Source: a virus
Taxonomy: Duplodnaviria > Heunggongvirae > Uroviricota > Caudoviricetes
Direction: 5' to 3' (one strand)
Virus record (IMG/VR): IMGVR_UViG_2718218361_000004
DNA length: 38,014 nt
In this document: positions 10,712 to 19,455 of the stretch, piece by piece
How positions within the stretch are numbered: position 1 is the first letter of the stretch
How the letters are laid out: each line of letters starts with the position of its first letter
Program-made: the position numbers and the translations under genes
Notes under the pieces: model-generated
Seen by the model: only the letters and a program-made list of their open reading frames with translations
The model's database searches: none
What the model was told of the DNA's origin: nothing

Positions 10712-10778
10712 GATCATCCCCCTGAATAAAAACCGGGGATGATGCCAGTTAGCCATTATCTCTGCATTTTCATAAACG

Positions 10779-10812
10779 TTGGTTTGGGAGAAGCGGCAAA
10801 ACGGAATGTAGG
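10779..10812. repeat. left inverted repeat with hix/gix-like recombination site
   Basis: 34-bp stretch ttggtttgggagaagcggcaaaacggaatgtagg is the exact reverse complement of 12326-12359; the adjacent cccAAACCAACGTTTat resembles a hix/gix half-site. Confidence 0.75.
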
Positions 10813-11152
10813 AACAGGGGAAAATCAGATACCGGACATGACCTCTTTTGCCAGTGGTGATGGATGGATGAAATTACCCAACGGGAAAATCCTGCAATAT
10901 GGTCGTGGTGCGATTACGCCGACATTATCGACGCAAACAATGAGAATTACATTCAGCATCCCTTTTCCTAAAGAAGTGGACTGCGCCATGCTTACCCATT
11001 CTGGTGATGGTGGTGCGCCTTTAGGCGCTGGACGGGGATTCGTGATGACTGCAGAAGGTCCAACACTAACCGGTTTTAATTCCGCTTACAGAACTGCATC
11101 AACCAGCTCCACAGTATCGATGAATTACAGTTGGTGGGCTGTTGGTGAGTAA
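10781..11152 (+). CDS. alternative tail-fibre C-terminal exon, silent in the present orientation
   Basis: Begins inside the inverted repeat in frame with [18 protein letters not shown], the same peptide found in gpH at its repeat. The upstream part of the track ORF (10739-10780) lies outside the segment and is probably not translated. Confidence 0.7.
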   Translation, partial: GLGEAAKRNVGTGENQIPDMTSFASGDGWMKLPNGKILQYGRGAITPTLSTQTMRITFSIPFPKEVDCAMLTHSGDGGAPLGAGRGFVMTAEGPTLTGFNSAYRTASTSSTVSMNYSWWAVGE

Positions 11153-11172
11153 TTTTATTCAGGGTGATTTAT

Positions 11173-11616
11173 ATGAACGAATATGTTTATAGCGCAAGGC
11201 ATAATGCTTTTTTCCCTGTGGATATGATTGATAAATATAAATCAGAGGGATGGGATTTATCAGACGCAAAGGAAGTAAATCAAAATATTATCAGTGAATT
11301 TATGGCTGAACCGCCACAAGGAAAAATCCGTATTGCCGGAGATGATGGGCTGCCTGCGTGGGCAGATATTCCTCCACCCACGCATGAAGAGCTTATTGAA
11401 ATTACTGAATCAGAAAAACAGCTACTAATTAACCAGGCTAACGAATACATGAACAGTAAGCAATGGCCTGGCAAAGCAGCTATTGGTCGTCTGAAAGGTG
11501 AGGAACTGGCGCAATATAATTTGTGGCTGGATTACCTGGACGCACTGGAACTGGTGGATACCTCCAGTGCTCCAGATATTGAATGGCCTACACCTCCGGT
11601 AACTCAGGCCAGCTAA
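11173..11616 (+). CDS. tail-fibre assembly protein, alternative copy (Tfa')
   Basis: 147 aa from the ATG at 11173; C-terminal motif VDTSSAPDIEWPTPP shared with the convergent Tfa. Confidence 0.75.
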   Translation: MNEYVYSARHNAFFPVDMIDKYKSEGWDLSDAKEVNQNIISEFMAEPPQGKIRIAGDDGLPAWADIPPPTHEELIEITESEKQLLINQANEYMNSKQWPGKAAIGRLKGEELAQYNLWLDYLDALELVDTSSAPDIEWPTPPVTQAS

Positions 11617-11983
11617 TCTCAGGAGCCGTCGAAGTGTCGACGGCTTTTACTTCTTTTTTGTAGTCCATCCAGGCAGATAGTTTTTCTTTATCTGTACTGC
11701 TGATATCACCAAGCATTAATTCCACCCGCCAGTCAGCTGTGACATTATCGGCATGAGCAAGTAACTGCATTCGCTGATTTTCAGCACGTGCGACATAATC
11801 AATCGCCGGAGATTTCAGTACCGGTAAACCATTTTCATCTGACGTGATTAATTTACCCCCTTCCTGCTGTCCGGCAATTAATTCATTGTATAAGTCTGTA
11901 CTTATCTCAACAATGTCAGCAGGCATGTCGCTGTTTATACCATCAAAGAAAAAACCATTAGTCGATTTTGAGAAATAAATCAT
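11588..11983 (-). CDS. tail-fibre assembly protein (gpG-like Tfa), active orientation
   Basis: ATG at 11983 with an AGGT Shine-Dalgarno, 9 nt after the gpH stop; C-terminus VDTSTAPEISWPELP. Confidence 0.78.
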   Translation of the reverse strand: MIYFSKSTNGFFFDGINSDMPADIVEISTDLYNELIAGQQEGGKLITSDENGLPVLKSPAIDYVARAENQRMQLLAHADNVTADWRVELMLGDISSTDKEKLSAWMDYKKEVKAVDTSTAPEISWPELPEV

Positions 11984-11991
11984 AGATATAC

Positions 11992-13407
11992 CTATACACC
12001 GATTGCTACCCAAAAACAGGACCTTTCATATTTGACAATTTCTCCCTGAGATATACCGCCAACAATTATATAGAACTGTGATTTGCTGATATCAGAACAG
12101 TTCGCTATGCCCATTGCAGATATACCAGCCACCGACGTTGTATGTGGCACAGCCAACAGCGCAAGTGAACGATTTGGGAATGTTACCGGGTAAGTCACCG
12201 TATAGTTTGATGCTCCACTGACAATACCCCACTGAATAATCAGACCTGAAGGAAGTTTTTGAAAACCCGTTGATGAAAGTGAACTGGCAAATGCCGCCAT
12301 ATCCGGAATTTGGTTTTGCCCGTTACCTACATTCCGTTTTGCCGCTTCTCCCAAACCAAGGTATGCGAGAAGACCAGCTACATCCTTTCCACTCAAATTA
12401 GTCAGCGTATTGTCCAGCGGTTGTTTACCTGCCAGCGCATTAAGCATTGTCGTGGCAAAGTTCGGATCATTCCCCAGCGCCGCCGCCAGTTCGTTCAGTG
12501 TATCCAGTGCAGCAGGTGCAGAGCCTACCATTGCTGCAATCGCCGATTTCACAAAAGCCGTGGTGGCAATCTGTGTATTGTTGACCGACTGTGCCGCAGT
12601 AGGTGCTGTTGGCGTTCCGGTAAGTGCCGGACTCGACAACGGCGCTTTCAGTGCCAGCGCATTGTTAATGGTGGTGCTGAATTTCGGGTCATTGTTTATG
12701 GCTGCGGCTATTTCTTTCAGCGTGTCCAGCGTGGCTGGCGCACCATTAATAACGGCCTTCAGTGCCGCCTGAACAAACGCGGTGGTCGCAAGTTGCGTGG
12801 TATTATTCCCCGCCGCTGGCGTTGGCGCTTTGGGGGTTCCGGTAAATGTTGGGCTGGCTTTTGGCGCATACTGTGAATGTGGATCTGGTGCGGCAAGGTG
12901 TTTTGCCATCAGATCATCCACGTACACCTTCAGCTCCAGTGCCTTGTCATCCACATACTTGCGGGTTGCCAGCACTATGGCAGGATCGATTTTCAAGGTG
13001 ATATTGTCCGTGCTGCTGGTAATCAGCACCATGCGCACGGTCTGGGTGCGCCCGCTGCCTTCAGCCAGTTGCGGCTTATAGCTTTCCGGGCAGTTGCCCA
13101 CGGCAATCAATGCCCCTGACTCATCAAACAGGCCCACTTCACGTATCCACCAACCGCCCTCGTTTTCAGGGATCACCTGTTCAGCAATAATCTGGCTGCT
13201 GTTCTGCGGGTCGATATAGAGCATATTCAGCGCAGCCCGGCGTTTCTCATTTACCAGTGCAGTCTGCTTTGCGTCCGGCGTCGGCAATGCTCCGCCGCCA
13301 TCGCCCACCGCCATATGGGTAATTTTTAGCGGCACACCGAGCGCGGCGGCGCTGGCAAGTTTCGCCGCGCCAATATCCGTCAGCAGGGTATAAAATTTTG
13401 TGCTCAT
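11992..13407 (-). CDS. tail fibre protein gpH (constant N-terminal part plus currently attached variable C-terminus)
   Basis: 471-aa ORF with Ala/Thr-rich repeats; crosses the right inverted repeat at 12326-12359, so the C-terminal ~110 aa are invertible. Confidence 0.88.
   Translation of the reverse strand: MSTKFYTLLTDIGAAKLASAAALGVPLKITHMAVGDGGGALPTPDAKQTALVNEKRRAALNMLYIDPQNSSQIIAEQVIPENEGGWWIREVGLFDESGALIAVGNCPESYKPQLAEGSGRTQTVRMVLITSSTDNITLKIDPAIVLATRKYVDDKALELKVYVDDLMAKHLAAPDPHSQYAPKASPTFTGTPKAPTPAAGNNTTQLATTAFVQAALKAVINGAPATLDTLKEIAAAINNDPKFSTTINNALALKAPLSSPALTGTPTAPTAAQSVNNTQIATTAFVKSAIAAMVGSAPAALDTLNELAAALGNDPNFATTMLNALAGKQPLDNTLTNLSGKDVAGLLAYLGLGEAAKRNVGNGQNQIPDMAAFASSLSSTGFQKLPSGLIIQWGIVSGASNYTVTYPVTFPNRSLALLAVPHTTSVAGISAMGIANCSDISKSQFYIIVGGISQGEIVKYERSCFWVAIGV
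12326..12359. repeat. right inverted repeat with hix/gix-like recombination site
   Basis: Reverse complement of 10779-10812; the adjacent tctcccAAACCAAGGTatgc resembles a hix half-site. Confidence 0.75.
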
Positions 13408-14009
13408 GGATTCACTCTCATTGTGTCAATAACATGGACCGCCCCGCCTTCATGCGCGGTGCCGCCGGAAATAATTGTTTCGTTGATATACGGATAGATC
13501 GTGATTTCTTCGCCAAGATAGCTGGCGGCTCCCACCCAATGCGGGCCGCTGGTCTGCAGGTTGATGGACATGCCGATCATGTGACGGCTACATGGTTTGG
13601 CATCGCTTATCAGTCGCTCAAGTTCCAGATAGGTATCTTCAGTGATGCCCTGGTCCTGCACGCCGATATCCAGACGAAACGTGCCCGGTGCCTCTCCGGT
13701 CTGCCACCACTCAATAATGCGGATCAGGAAGCCGAACGGCTCCACCACCCGCCGCACGGCACTGGTGGTTCCTTTATGCTGATGAATATAAAAAGCATCC
13801 TTCACCACCTGTCGTTTGACGCTTTCCGTCCAGCCCTCGTCCCAGCGATCCACAGAGAACGCCCAGGCGAGATAAGGCAGGAAACTGATCGGACAGGTCG
13901 TTGGATTCCACAAGTCACGCAGCGGCACCTGCAGATCAGAAATCCCGCTACAGGTCTGCGCCAGTCGGCGCTCCAGTGAAGTTGAACCCGGTGGCAGCAG
14001 ACTATTCAT
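13404..14009 (-). CDS. baseplate assembly protein gpI
   Basis: 201-aa ORF between H and J, in P2 order. Confidence 0.8.
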   Translation of the reverse strand: MNSLLPPGSTSLERRLAQTCSGISDLQVPLRDLWNPTTCPISFLPYLAWAFSVDRWDEGWTESVKRQVVKDAFYIHQHKGTTSAVRRVVEPFGFLIRIIEWWQTGEAPGTFRLDIGVQDQGITEDTYLELERLISDAKPCSRHMIGMSINLQTSGPHWVGAASYLGEEITIYPYINETIISGGTAHEGGAVHVIDTMRVNP

Positions 14010-14910
14010 CCGTTCCTCCGTTGGTCACGCTCCACTGCGTACATGATGCCGCCTGCGTTTTGTTCAGAACCACATCCGCCAGCGGAGAAGCCAGTTCCAC
14101 ACGTTGAACACCCTCAACATGCAGCGCGGCAAAAATAGCACTACGGCGAATATCCCGACCGAGCCGCGTCTGACTGGCGATGTACCTCTGCAGACTGACT
14201 TTTGCCGCTGCCATTACCGGCTCTGCTTCCGGTCCCGGATAAAGAAAAATGGTGGCTTCCACACGGTACGGGATGATTTCTGCGCTGCGAACCGTAAGAC
14301 GGTCAGCCACCGGGCGGACGTTCTCACTGTTCAGAGCTTTTTCCACCACGTCCAGCAGGTCTTTTTCTGCAGTTCCATCGCCTTCGCGGCTAAGGACAGT
14401 CAGCACCACCTCTGCAGGTGCCGGACTGGTTGCACTAGCATCCGCCACCCGACCGTCGGCGCTTCGGGCATGAAATTCATAAGCGGCAGTTGGCCCCGCA
14501 ACAGAAAGCCCTTCAAAGGCTGCGGGCACACGCAGGCGTAACGCTTCATCGCTTTCCATCACAGCCGCAACGGGTGGCACAGCGTCATTATCAGCAGGCG
14601 TCACCGTCAGGCGTTTCACGTTGTAGTTGGCAGCGAGCTGGTCAAGATCGCCGCCCATCGCGTAAGCCACCATCACCGCCTGCGCGGCTTCGTTAATGCG
14701 CTGGCGCAGAAGCAACTCACGGTAAGCGTTCTCCTGCAGCAATTTGGTGACGGGTTCAGATTCCAGTTCCAGCGTGCGGATCACGGCTTCCTGCTCATCT
14801 TTCGGATGAAGCGCAACAAATTCGGCCTTGCGTTCGGCAAGCAGCGTCTCAAAGTCCGGCACATCGACAATCTGCGGCGCAGGCAACTGCGAAAGGTCAA
14901 TCACTGCCAT
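14002..14910 (-). CDS. baseplate protein gpJ
   Basis: From the internal start MAVIDLSQLPAP (302 aa); closely resembles the remembered P2 J N-terminus (MPIIDLNQLPAP...). Confidence 0.85.
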   Translation of the reverse strand: MAVIDLSQLPAPQIVDVPDFETLLAERKAEFVALHPKDEQEAVIRTLELESEPVTKLLQENAYRELLLRQRINEAAQAVMVAYAMGGDLDQLAANYNVKRLTVTPADNDAVPPVAAVMESDEALRLRVPAAFEGLSVAGPTAAYEFHARSADGRVADASATSPAPAEVVLTVLSREGDGTAEKDLLDVVEKALNSENVRPVADRLTVRSAEIIPYRVEATIFLYPGPEAEPVMAAAKVSLQRYIASQTRLGRDIRRSAIFAALHVEGVQRVELASPLADVVLNKTQAASCTQWSVTNGGTDE

Positions 14911-15256
14911 TCTCTGCTCCTGTTGATACGGAAAGGGAAACAGGCACACCGTTATTACGCCGCCCGGTCAGCCCCACCACCATTGAACCGTCAAAATTGC
15001 TGTTAATGGTGATGGAATCCAGCGTCAGCCGTGGCTCCCAGCGACTCAGCGCCACATACACTGCCGACATGACCTGCAGGCGTAATGCCGGATTTTGTGG
15101 CTGGTCTATCAGTGCCGACAGCAGGGAACCATATTCCCGACGGGCAATGCGGCTACCCTGCGGCGTCAGCAAAATGTCCCGCACCGACTGGCGCAGATGG
15201 TCAATATCAGTAATGACTTTGCCGCTGGTATTGTTCATCCCGCTATAAAGCGTCAT
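14897..15256 (-). CDS. baseplate wedge protein gpW
   Basis: 119-aa ORF (P2 W is about 115 aa) between V and J. Confidence 0.85.
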   Translation of the reverse strand: MTLYSGMNNTSGKVITDIDHLRQSVRDILLTPQGSRIARREYGSLLSALIDQPQNPALRLQVMSAVYVALSRWEPRLTLDSITINSNFDGSMVVGLTGRRNNGVPVSLSVSTGAENGSD

Positions 15257-15831
15257 ACCGGGCCTCCGGTTGTATCGCCGCCTTTCAGGACGCCAGTATG
15301 CTGATGCGCATCAACCACGATCCCGTTAGAACTCATCGCTCCGCCGCCCTGGGTAACGCCACCATTGATCACCACTTCGCTGTTAATGCGCGTGCGGTCA
15401 GCCTCCAGTACAAACTCACTGGTTTTCATGGTGATGTTGTCAGCGGCCTCAATGACCATTGATTTGATGCCCCTGACATACCAGCGCCCGGTGGCGGGTT
15501 CGTATTCAAACCAGCCACCGTCAGGATGTTCTGTCACGCAGGCGTCCGCCGACGTCGACGGTGGTGCGAACTGATTCGAATAGATGGCGGGCAGCGCAAA
15601 CGCGGTTTCCAGATTGCCGCCCAGACTCAGCAGCACCACCTGCTCACCTTCCGATGGTTTCCACCATGTGCGGGCATCACCCGCGCGCAGCGTCAGCCAG
15701 TTAATCCAGTTGGTTTCAAGGTCGCCCGTTTTCACCCGACAAAGCCAGTTTTCCCGGTCCACTTCGGTGACTACACCTGTGCGGATCAGATTGGTGATAA
15801 GGCGCATGATTTCTGTGATTTGTGCGTTCAT
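15253..15831 (-). CDS. baseplate spike/assembly protein gpV
   Basis: Resembles P2 V from the ATG at 15831 (MNAQITEIMRLITNLIRTG); the track ORF starts at an upstream GTG at 15846. Confidence 0.82.
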   Translation of the reverse strand: MNAQITEIMRLITNLIRTGVVTEVDRENWLCRVKTGDLETNWINWLTLRAGDARTWWKPSEGEQVVLLSLGGNLETAFALPAIYSNQFAPPSTSADACVTEHPDGGWFEYEPATGRWYVRGIKSMVIEAADNITMKTSEFVLEADRTRINSEVVINGGVTQGGGAMSSNGIVVDAHQHTGVLKGGDTTGGPV

Positions 15832-15877
15832 AAAAGAATAATGCACAACATATTAGAATTATTCGATGTGATTGGAT

Positions 15878-15895
15878 TGTATTAATGATGATACA
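15878..15895. promoter_or_regulatory. TGT-N12-ACA dyad, candidate Ogr-dependent late promoter element (PV-like)
   Basis: TGTattaatgatgatACA centred about 55 bp upstream of the V ATG. Confidence 0.4.
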
Positions 15896-15954
15896 AAACT
15901 TCTGAAATTAAGTAGAAAGTACACAGTATTTTCACTGCGTACTTGCGAGAAAAA

Positions 15955-17007
15955 TCATTCAAAATTAATAATGTCGGAAAATATATCCTGCATTAAACAA
16001 GAAATATCAATAAGAGTTTTTTCCTTAATAGGATCAGAGATCTCCAAGGACTTTATCACGAACAATATTCGTTCAGCTGCTGGTAAATAGTGAGATGGAT
16101 CAGACGTTTCAATTGCCGAAAAAAATATAGCTATTCCAGCAATCGCAAGAATCATCAGAATACCTTCACCTTCACATATAATGGACGCAATCCTAATCCC
16201 CCATTTGTCAGCCTCCTTCTCAACCTCTGATTCAACTAAATCAGGCTGCTGATGATTCATCATGGCATGAGAATATTCATGAGCGGCTACGAATAACTCA
16301 CAGCCAAAGACCATATTATATATAATCTTTTGCCCTACAGGACAGAAGTTAATTATCGATGTATAAGCAAGTTCACCACGTACATTGTAATTCTTAAAAA
16401 AATCCCTCCATTCGTTTAAGTCAATCTTGCTTTGTAATAAAGCGCTTCTATTCTTCTCACTACTCAAATATTTTTCCCACTCTGACCGCCACTCTTTTTC
16501 ACTACTACCTTGCAGAAGAGTATTAGGATAACTGCTAACAAACAAACTAATTACACCATGAATAAATTGAAAAATCCCAGACTCAAAAATTGTGAAAACC
16601 TTTGACTTTCCGTCTAGGCATTTAACTGGCGCGGCAAGTGCACTAACTCTGCCGGTTGGAGCACAACAAAACCCACCATAGTTTTGGTGATCAAAAGGAA
16701 ATATCTTTGCTACTAATTCAACCTTACTCATCAAGCGAGATGCAATGCTATAACTCACACGATCATCATAGATTGTTGGAAGAGTAACTACACCTTGAAT
16801 ATTGTTTGATAACTCTTCAATACAATCAGAAGGTAAATTATCCATTTTATTACGCACATAAGAAAAACCCTCATCACTATTTAATGACTGAGCCAACTGA
16901 TCCTCTTTATATACCTGAGTGCCTAGACTATTCTTTATAATATACTCTTCAATATATCTTTCTAGTTTTTTATAATCATCATTATATTCAGACATTAATT
17001 TAATCAT
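15955..17007 (-). CDS. AT-rich cargo protein with C-terminal HExxH metallopeptidase-like motif (ImmA/IrrE-like pattern)
   Basis: 350-aa ORF in a visibly AT-rich island between V and S. Carries HEYSHAMMNH followed by E-x-E-K-E-A-D-K-W and a hydrophobic stretch ILMILAIAGIAIFF; the N-terminal ~250 aa are unrecognised. Confidence 0.6.
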   Translation of the reverse strand: MIKLMSEYNDDYKKLERYIEEYIIKNSLGTQVYKEDQLAQSLNSDEGFSYVRNKMDNLPSDCIEELSNNIQGVVTLPTIYDDRVSYSIASRLMSKVELVAKIFPFDHQNYGGFCCAPTGRVSALAAPVKCLDGKSKVFTIFESGIFQFIHGVISLFVSSYPNTLLQGSSEKEWRSEWEKYLSSEKNRSALLQSKIDLNEWRDFFKNYNVRGELAYTSIINFCPVGQKIIYNMVFGCELFVAAHEYSHAMMNHQQPDLVESEVEKEADKWGIRIASIICEGEGILMILAIAGIAIFFSAIETSDPSHYLPAAERILFVIKSLEISDPIKEKTLIDISCLMQDIFSDIINFE

Positions 17008-17008
17008 A

Positions 17009-17037
17009 CTGAAACCTCATCATTTATGAGGTTTCAG
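17009..17037 (-). promoter_or_regulatory. perfect 12-bp hairpin sequestering the Shine-Dalgarno of the HExxH cargo gene
   Basis: CTGAAACCTCAT / ATGAGGTTTCAG stems with a 5-nt loop; on the mRNA strand the GAGG Shine-Dalgarno lies in the 3' stem, which ends 1 nt before the ATG at 17007. Confidence 0.55.
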
Positions 17038-17136
17038 CATAATAAAAAACAAACTTAAAAACAAACTTTAATTCATCTCATTAGAATAACAAACAAAACC
17101 AACCAATCTAATATTTACAATATTTAAAACTTGAAG

Positions 17137-17592
17137 CTAAGGCAAATAGTCATCAAAAATCCTGAGCAACCCTTCTAGTATATTTTTGTTAATTTTCTTA
17201 TCGAACCCTAACAAACGACGCTCTACATAACTCACTACCGGTCCCTTACGGCTTACTCGATCACGAAGACCGTAATGATGTACCCGTGCAATCCGTTGAA
17301 CTTTCCCTTCAAACTGCACGCTGGCTGAATCCGCGCTGGCTGCAGTTTTCAGGTACTTCGCTGTACGCAATTTCGAAAACATCTGTCGCTTAATACGCCC
17401 CTTTTTAGTCCGTGCCGTGACTTTTCGCGGCTCGTAGCCGGTTCCATCAGGATTACGTTGCAGCCTGATGTTCTGCTGTTGTGTCCGACGCAGTTCTTGC
17501 GCCAGTTCGCGCATCATGCGCTGACGAGCAGCCGGCTCCAGATTCGCCAGCAGCACTGCCAGCCACTCATCCACTTTATGCAGATTATCCAC
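17137..17592 (-). CDS. tail completion / virion morphogenesis protein gpS
   Basis: 151-aa basic ORF at the P2 S position, overlapping R by 8 nt. Confidence 0.78.
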   Translation of the reverse strand: MDNLHKVDEWLAVLLANLEPAARQRMMRELAQELRRTQQQNIRLQRNPDGTGYEPRKVTARTKKGRIKRQMFSKLRTAKYLKTAASADSASVQFEGKVQRIARVHHYGLRDRVSRKGPVVSYVERRLLGFDKKINKNILEGLLRIFDDYLP

Positions 17593-18037
17593 GTTTCACC
17601 GTCCACGTTTCTTCTGGCTCGTCAGGTTCCGGCTTTGCCTCGACCGTTGATATACCGCCGTCAGTGCTGACCAGCACACGCTCCGTCAGTTGCAGGTTAA
17701 GGCTGATATCACAGACATCGTTGCGCAAAATATCCACCTCAAAGGTGAATAACTTTTCCCGTAACGCCGGGTTATTGATGGCATCAGGCTGGTTATCCCG
17801 CAGCCACAGCAAAACCGGGGCCATCAACAGATTCTGGTCGCCGCTGAAATCCTCAATCACCACGTTCAGGGTGTAACGGTACTCCCATGACATGGAGCTG
17901 GCCCCCGTAGCAACCAGCGAACCGTTATCCACAAACAGATGCAGTTTGTCCGGATTATTGCGGACATAAGGCACCGCTTTATTGAGGGCGTGGCGCAGGG
18001 ACTGTGGTTTGTTCACTGTTTCGCTCCTGACACGCAA
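17585..18037 (-). CDS. tail completion protein gpR
   Basis: Resembles the remembered P2 R (…LHLFVDNGSLVATGASSMSWEYRYTLNVVIEDFSGD…); exact start uncertain. Confidence 0.8.
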   Translation of the reverse strand: MRVRSETVNKPQSLRHALNKAVPYVRNNPDKLHLFVDNGSLVATGASSMSWEYRYTLNVVIEDFSGDQNLLMAPVLLWLRDNQPDAINNPALREKLFTFEVDILRNDVCDISLNLQLTERVLVSTDGGISTVEAKPEPDEPEETWTVKRG

Positions 18038-18269
18038 TAATCATGTCCACTTTGTCTGCACAGACCGCCCAGGCGGCCTCCGTTTCATCCAGCAATGCGT
18101 TCAGATCACCGTTAGTGCGCGGCGCTGCCTGCTCCAGCCGACACGGCGTCACTCGCGGACAACCACTGACGGTAAGCTGCACCTCCGGTGAGTGCCGGAC
18201 GTTCCCGCAGCCGGATAATGTCAGCAGGCAAAGGAGTATCAGCCCAGCGGCGTAAATCCTCGTTCTCAC
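17979..18269 (-). CDS. LysC / Rz1-like outer-membrane lipoprotein spanin
   Basis: ORF in an alternative frame overlapping the 3' end of lysB, with lipobox LTLSGC and a Pro-rich mature part. Confidence 0.55.
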   Translation of the reverse strand: MRTRIYAAGLILLCLLTLSGCGNVRHSPEVQLTVSGCPRVTPCRLEQAAPRTNGDLNALLDETEAAWAVCADKVDMIIACQERNSEQTTVPAPRPQ

Positions 18270-18540
18270 GTTTCAGTTCCTCGATCCGGCGTTGTCGTTG
18301 TCTCAGCAGTGCGCTGGTCTGTTCTGCTTCAGCGTAGAGCCGCGCCTGCTCCCGGTTGTTGGTTTCAGCCAGAATGGACAGACCGATCAGCTGGCTGTTT
18401 TTCTTCGTCAGTTCTTGCGCTTTACTTTTCAGCGCCGCGCGCTGCGTTTCGATGGTGTGGCTGGCGCTGTTAAGCCGCCACGACTGCCAGCCCAGCGTAA
18501 CGAGTGCCAGCGCCACCACTACTGCCAGCGCACGCGTCAT
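18112..18540 (-). CDS. LysB / Rz-like inner-membrane spanin
   Basis: 142 aa with an N-terminal transmembrane helix followed by a charged coiled coil. Confidence 0.7.
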   Translation of the reverse strand: MTRALAVVVALALVTLGWQSWRLNSASHTIETQRAALKSKAQELTKKNSQLIGLSILAETNNREQARLYAEAEQTSALLRQRQRRIEELKRENEDLRRWADTPLPADIIRLRERPALTGGAAYRQWLSASDAVSAGAGSAAH

Positions 18541-19052
18541 AGTCCAGCTCCTTTAAGGCACCAGGCCATCTCCCGCGCACGGCGGTTATCCAGCCCCTGA
18601 TTAAAAACACCTTTTACATACACCCAGCGCGGCAACTGTCGGCACGCATCTGCCCAGCGCCGCTGATTGAGTAATTTCACCAGTGTGGAACTGCAGGCAT
18701 TGCCCGTTCCCACGTTGAAGGCAAACGACACCACCGAGTCATACACCTTCTGCGGCGGCTGTTGCTTCACACATCTTTCCAGCGCCAGCTCCACACGTAG
18801 CACGTTGGAGATCAGCCCTTCTGCTGCCTGTCGTTCCGTAATAGTTTTGCCGGGAATGACGCCCGACGTATTACCAATGCCGTCGGTCCAGACACCCGCG
18901 CTGCACTGATACGGCTGCAGACGACAGCCTTCGTAATCGGCGATCAGTTTCAGTCCCTCCACGGAGGTGTGAAGCTGCTGAAACCCCGGTAGCGTGGCAG
19001 CAATAGCCAGCACGGCCCCGACAAGGCAGCGTTTAACGATTGATGGATTCAT
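18537..19052 (-). CDS. endolysin (lysozyme, P2 gpK-like) with SAR-type N-terminal hydrophobic segment
   Basis: 171 aa; N-terminus MNPSIVKRCLVGAVLAIAATLPG is Gly/Ala-rich and weakly hydrophobic; lysozyme-like core (…DYEGCRLQPYQCSAGVWTDGIGNT…). Confidence 0.8.
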   Translation of the reverse strand: MNPSIVKRCLVGAVLAIAATLPGFQQLHTSVEGLKLIADYEGCRLQPYQCSAGVWTDGIGNTSGVIPGKTITERQAAEGLISNVLRVELALERCVKQQPPQKVYDSVVSFAFNVGTGNACSSTLVKLLNQRRWADACRQLPRWVYVKGVFNQGLDNRRAREMAWCLKGAGL

Positions 19053-19248
19053 AGTCCTCCCGCGAGATCTGCCCGTCGCGCAGAAGCTGGTAGGCTTTGT
19101 GTTTGTAGTACCAGTTGATAGCCAGCATCAGCACACCAATCATCAGGCCGCCCAGCGTTGAGGCATCCTTGATGGACAAATCGCCCAGCCAGGCCAGCAC
19201 GACGGCGATGCAATACGTGATAAAGGCGCTGATTCGCTCAAGCGTCAT
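19033..19248 (-). CDS. holin
   Basis: 71 aa with two hydrophobic helices and a charged C-terminus, immediately upstream of the endolysin. Confidence 0.7.
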   Translation of the reverse strand: MTLERISAFITYCIAVVLAWLGDLSIKDASTLGGLMIGVLMLAINWYYKHKAYQLLRDGQISREDYESINR

Positions 19249-19251
19249 AAT

Positions 19252-19455
19252 TCAGTCCCATAGCTGGACGGTCTGCACGGTGGTGGTGGTCGGAATGTCC
19301 GGCAGCTCCACCTGCAGCCCGTGAGGTAAAAAGGGGCCGTATTCGGCAAGCCCCGGATTTGCCTTCAGTACCTGCTCCGTGACACCCTGCGTGCGCCCGT
19401 AATGACGCCAGCAAAGCGCGTCCACCGTGTCATACTGATGCGCACGCACTTTCAT
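19252..19455 (-). CDS. tail protein gpX
   Basis: 67 aa, resembling the remembered P2 X (MKTFALQGDTLDAICVRYYGRT…). Confidence 0.85.
   Translation of the reverse strand: MKVRAHQYDTVDALCWRHYGRTQGVTEQVLKANPGLAEYGPFLPHGLQVELPDIPTTTTVQTVQLWD

Larger units (their letters stand above)
10779..12359. other. invertible tail-fibre host-range segment (G/C/P-segment-like)
   Basis: Bounded by perfect 34-bp inverted repeats; holds two alternative tail-fibre C-terminal exons and two convergent tail-fibre assembly genes; invertase adjacent. Confidence 0.8.

Noticed and set aside
12310-12876. 188-aa Cys/Arg-rich plus-strand ORF and neighbours inside gpH
   Set aside because: Antisense to the tail-fibre gene; composition reflects the reverse complement of Ala/Thr repeats.
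15872-16090. 72-aa plus-strand ORF at the V/cargo junction
   Set aside because: Overlaps the 3' end of the HExxH cargo gene on the opposite strand; more likely a chance open frame in AT-rich DNA.
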